Sequence record: MN510331.1
From: Escherichia phage vB_EcoP_PR_Kaz2018
DNA: 39,704 bases
Reading direction: 5' to 3' (one strand)
In this document: piece by piece, positions 36,551 through 39,704 of the stretch
Layout: every line of letters starts with the position of its first letter
How positions within the stretch are numbered: position 1 is the first letter of the stretch
Position numbers and translations under genes: made by a program
Notes under the pieces: model-generated
Told to the model about the DNA's origin: nothing
The model's database searches: none
The model's input: only the letters and a program-made list of their open reading frames with translations

Positions 36551-37000
36551 ATGCTCGAATTTTTAAAGAGAGCGGCTCCGTGGTTACTTGCAGCAGTGAT
36601 GTTTGCTGGTGGCTACCACACCGCTAACAATAAGTGGGAGGCTAAGGTCAATGAAGAATACACCTCTAATCTTAAGGCATCGGAAGATACAAGGCTTGCT
36701 GTCCAAGCTGAAGTCAACAAAGTGTCCAAACGGTTTCAGGACGAAATGTCCTCGCTGGAAGGCAGCACTGATAGGATTATTGCTGACCTTCAGTCTGACA
36801 ATAAGCGGCTGCGCATCCGAGTCAAGCCAACGAGTGGAACCACGCAAAGTGACGGTCGATGCGTCATTGATGGTTACGCCGAACTTGACGAACGAGATGC
36901 TAAACGTCTTATCGCCATCGGAGTGAAAGGAGACAAGTGGATTAAGGCCCTTCAGGACACTGTGAGAGCCTTGCAGCAAGATAAGGAGGTGACGCATTGA
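36551..37000 (+). CDS. 18.5: Rz-like i-spanin
   Basis: [21 protein letters not shown] (N-terminal TM), [30 protein letters not shown] match T7 gp18.5. Confidence 0.9.
   Translation: MLEFLKRAAPWLLAAVMFAGGYHTANNKWEAKVNEEYTSNLKASEDTRLAVQAEVNKVSKRFQDEMSSLEGSTDRIIADLQSDNKRLRIRVKPTSGTTQSDGRCVIDGYAELDERDAKRLIAIGVKGDKWIKALQDTVRALQQDKEVTH
36651..36926 (+). CDS. 18.7: Rz1-like o-spanin lipoprotein, embedded in the +1 frame of Rz
   Basis: [25 protein letters not shown] (lipobox) and [14 protein letters not shown] match T7 gp18.7; ATG 36651 with GGGAGG 9 nt upstream. Confidence 0.8.
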   Translation: MKNTPLILRHRKIQGLLSKLKSTKCPNGFRTKCPRWKAALIGLLLTFSLTISGCASESSQRVEPRKVTVDASLMVTPNLTNEMLNVLSPSE

Positions 37001-38757
37001 GTAAAGATTTAGTGGCGCGTCAGGCGCTAATGACTGCCCGTATGAAGGCAGACTTCGTGTTCTTCCTGTTCGTCCTGTGGAAAGCTCTGTCACTACCAGT
37101 CCCGACTCGCTGTCAGATTGACATGGCGAAGAAACTATCGGCTGGGGACAACAGGCGTTTCATCCTACAGGCGTTCCGTGGTATCGGGAAGTCCTTCATT
37201 ACGTGTGCATTCGTGGTCTGGAAACTATGGAATAACCCAGACTTGAAGTTCATGATTGTGTCGGCCTCAAAGGAACGAGCCGATGCGAACTCCATCTTCA
37301 TCAAGCGAATCATAGACCTCATGCCTCAGCTTCAGGAACTTAAACCTAAGCAGGGGCAGCGAGATGCGGTTATCAGCTTCGACGTTGGACCAGCCAAGCC
37401 AGATCACTCACCTTCGGTTAAGTCCGTTGGTATCACTGGTCAGTTGACTGGTAGTCGTGCTGACATCCTGATTGCCGATGACGTGGAGGTTCCTAACAAC
37501 TCAGCGACTCAGGCTGCACGAGACCGTCTGTCAGAGCTTGTGAAAGAGTTCGACGCTATCCTGAAGCCGGGAGGTACAATCATCTATCTGGGTACTCCTC
37601 AGAACGAGATGACCTTGTATCGTGAGCTGGAAGGTCGTGGATACACCACTACCATCTGGCCCGCTCGCTACCCACGCGATAAGAAGGACTGGCAGTCTTA
37701 CGGCGACCGTCTGGCTCCTATGCTTCAGGCAGAGCTTGAAGAGGACCCTGAGTCCTTCTACTGGCGTCCTACCGATGAAGTACGATTCGATGATACGGAC
37801 CTGAAGGAACGTGAGCTGTCATATGGTAAAGCTGGCTTCGCTCTACAGTTCATGCTTAACCCTAACCTGAGTGATGCCGAGAAGTACCCTCTGAAGCTCC
37901 GTGACCTTATCGTAGCAGACTTGGACCCAGCGTCTAGCCCAATGGTCTACCAATGGCTTCCTAACCCTCAGAACAAGCGTGAGGACGTTCCTAACGTTGG
38001 ACTCATGGGCGACTCATACCACACGTATCAGACTGTAGGTTCTGCCTTCAGTTCGTACACCCAGAAGATTCTGGTCATTGACCCTAGTGGTCGTGGTAAG
38101 GATGAAACGGGTTATGCGGTACTGTACCAGCTAAACGGCTACATCTTCGCTATGGAAGTTGGCGGTATGCGAGGTGGCTATGAAGACTCTACGCTGGAAG
38201 CCTTGGCTAAGATTGGTCGTAAGTGGAAGGTAAACGAATACGTCATTGAGGGTAACTTCGGTGATGGTATGTACCTTGAGCTATTCAAGCCTGTAGCTTC
38301 CCGTATTCATCCTGCTGCTGTAACTGAAGTGAAGAGTAAAGGTCAGAAGGAACTCCGCATCTGTGACGTTCTGGAGCCTATCATGGGGTCTCACCGACTT
38401 ATCGTCAACGCTGCTGCTATCGTCCAAGATTACCAGTCTGCCTCTGATAAGGATGGTGTTCGTAACCCTATCTACTCTCTCTTCTACCAGATGACACGTA
38501 TCTCTCGTGAACGTGGGGCCTTGGCACACGATGACCGACTTGATGCGCTGGCTATCGGTGTACAGTTCTTCGTTGAGTCTATGGCGAAGGATGCCAACAA
38601 AGGCGAACGTGAAGTCACTGAGGAGTGGCTGGAGGAACAGATGGAGAACCCACGGAAAGGCTTCGAGTCCATCCACACGGAGTTCTGGGACAATGGGGTC
38701 CGGGTAACTCACGATACCGACGAGCTGGGACTAGGGTCCTACGTTACGTTCCACTAG
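36997..38757 (+). CDS. 19: Terminase large subunit
   Basis: [80 protein letters not shown] match T7 gp19; apparent TTG start 7 nt after AAGGAGG. Confidence 0.97.
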   Translation: MSKDLVARQALMTARMKADFVFFLFVLWKALSLPVPTRCQIDMAKKLSAGDNRRFILQAFRGIGKSFITCAFVVWKLWNNPDLKFMIVSASKERADANSIFIKRIIDLMPQLQELKPKQGQRDAVISFDVGPAKPDHSPSVKSVGITGQLTGSRADILIADDVEVPNNSATQAARDRLSELVKEFDAILKPGGTIIYLGTPQNEMTLYRELEGRGYTTTIWPARYPRDKKDWQSYGDRLAPMLQAELEEDPESFYWRPTDEVRFDDTDLKERELSYGKAGFALQFMLNPNLSDAEKYPLKLRDLIVADLDPASSPMVYQWLPNPQNKREDVPNVGLMGDSYHTYQTVGSAFSSYTQKILVIDPSGRGKDETGYAVLYQLNGYIFAMEVGGMRGGYEDSTLEALAKIGRKWKVNEYVIEGNFGDGMYLELFKPVASRIHPAAVTEVKSKGQKELRICDVLEPIMGSHRLIVNAAAIVQDYQSASDKDGVRNPIYSLFYQMTRISRERGALAHDDRLDALAIGVQFFVESMAKDANKGEREVTEEWLEEQMENPRKGFESIHTEFWDNGVRVTHDTDELGLGSYVTFH

Positions 38758-38851
38758 CTGAATGAATAACTATAGGCGAAAACTGAATGAATAAGCAGTT
38801 AGTAACCTATAGTTACTACCAGTCTAACCTACTGTTTTACAAGGAGTTTGG

Positions 38852-38874
38852 ACTTAACTATCACTATAGGAAGA
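38852..38874 (+). promoter_or_regulatory. Phage-RNAP promoter near the right end (phi-OR position)
   Basis: ACTTAACTATCACTATA-GGAAGA, +1 G at 38869; same 20-nt sequence as the promoter at 2474. Confidence 0.75.
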
Positions 38875-39052
38875 CCCCCGGTTACTTATAGTATTACTGT
38901 AGTGAATATACATATGCAGACTTTATGCAAGACCTTAGGAGGCAGACTCCGAGTTCTTACCTAAGGCTTGCACCGATGGAAGGAGGTGATATTAATCATA
39001 ATCCCTCCAATACAGATAGTCACCGACCATAGATACAGGAGGTATGTAGCAT

Positions 39053-39214
39053 ATGGCAAAGACCAAAGCTGTACTTAAAGCTCTGGCGACCAATCGAGCT
39101 ACATACAGGTTTCTTGCTGCTGTTCTACTTGCTGCTGGCGTTACTACTGCTGGAAGTCAGTGGGTCGGGTGGGTCGAGACTCTCGTATGTTCTCTGGTGT
39201 CTCAGTGTAGTTAA
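39053..39214 (+). CDS. Hypothetical small hydrophobic protein (53 aa); gene 19.5 position
   Basis: Hand-translated MAKTKAVLKALATNRATYRFLAAVLLAAGVTTAGSQWVGWVETLVCSLVSQCS; AGGAGG upstream. Confidence 0.45.
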   Translation: MAKTKAVLKALATNRATYRFLAAVLLAAGVTTAGSQWVGWVETLVCSLVSQCS

Positions 39215-39249
39215 CGCAATCATGATAACAATCAACGAAAGGAGATAGA

Positions 39250-39318
39250 ATGGACGAAGAGTCTTACGGTTCGTTCTCTGAAGAGGACTATCAGACGGAG
39301 TGGGAATACGCTCATTGA
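39250..39318 (+). CDS. Hypothetical acidic mini-ORF (22 aa)
   Basis: AAAGGAG RBS 5 nt upstream of ATG; MDEESYGSFSEEDYQTEWEYAH. Confidence 0.3.
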   Translation: MDEESYGSFSEEDYQTEWEYAH

Positions 39319-39450
39319 AGACCTAAGGTCAGTTCATAGCTAACGCTACTCTACTGACCTTAGCTACTGTAGTCAAGGACTTTAGGTAACACCTTAAGAG
39401 AAGCTCACTTAGTGTCATCCTACTTATTGGTCTATCCTAGTGTCGCCTGA

Positions 39451-39489
39451 CCTACGGTCCTTGACCTACAGTGGCTGTGGCCTACAGTA
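39451..39489 (+). repeat. Three CCTAC(A/G)GT repeats next to the right terminal repeat
   Basis: CCTACGGTC 39451..39459, CCTACAGTG 39465..39473, CCTACAGTA 39481..39489. Confidence 0.6.
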
Positions 39490-39526
39490 GTGACGATGAG
39501 TTTTGGACCAAAAGTTTGAGACCACA

Positions 39527-39704
39527 TCTCACAGTTCAAGAACCTCAAGTCTCCCCATAGGCCCTCTTTAAGTCCAGACCAAAGGCCCTACCCCAGTCTG
39601 TCATAAGGTTGGACCGATGGTCAAGACTTCAGGTCAACGATAGGTCAAGGCTATGGCTTAGGGAAGGACGATAGGTAGGGGCTATAGGTCTGTCTTTGAG
39701 TCTC
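39527..39704. repeat. Right direct terminal repeat (178 bp)
   Basis: Identical to 1..178. Confidence 0.95.

Overview
The window is one complete linear genome of a T7-like podophage (Autographiviridae), 39,704 bp, bounded by identical 178-bp direct terminal repeats (1..178 and 39527..39704). All credible genes are on the + strand in T7 gene order: ocr (0.3), RNA polymerase (1), 1.2, ligase (1.3), gp2, SSB (2.5), endonuclease I (3), lysozyme (3.5), primase-helicase (4), DNA polymerase (5), exonuclease (6), portal (8), scaffold (9), capsid (10), tail tube (11, 12), internal core (14, 15, 16), tailspike (17), holin, Rz/Rz1 and terminase (18, 19). Eleven copies of a phage promoter, (C/A)CT(A/T)AACTATCACTATA-GG(G/A)A, differ from the T7 consensus at -12 to -8, so the RNAP has its own specificity. 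Four things stand out. The DNA polymerase gene is split by a ~600-bp group I intron carrying an HNH homing endonuclease. The tailspike fuses a T7 gp17-like adaptor to an endosialidase with two Asp-box motifs and a C-terminal chaperone domain, predicting a K1-capsule-specific coliphage; from memory this matches coliphage K1F in genome size and 1064-aa endosialidase, but that is recollection, not a search. The SSB gene has an in-frame TGA after a conserved N-terminal segment, and the gene 1.1 homolog shows an apparent frameshift. I see no cellular defence island, CRISPR array or tRNA; the candidates for novelty are the kinase-less early region of small ORFs, an extended Ocr, a Cys-rich ORF between genes 3 and 3.5, and a non-T7 N-terminal domain on gp16. 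All homology statements rest on remembered T7 protein sequences, not on database searches.
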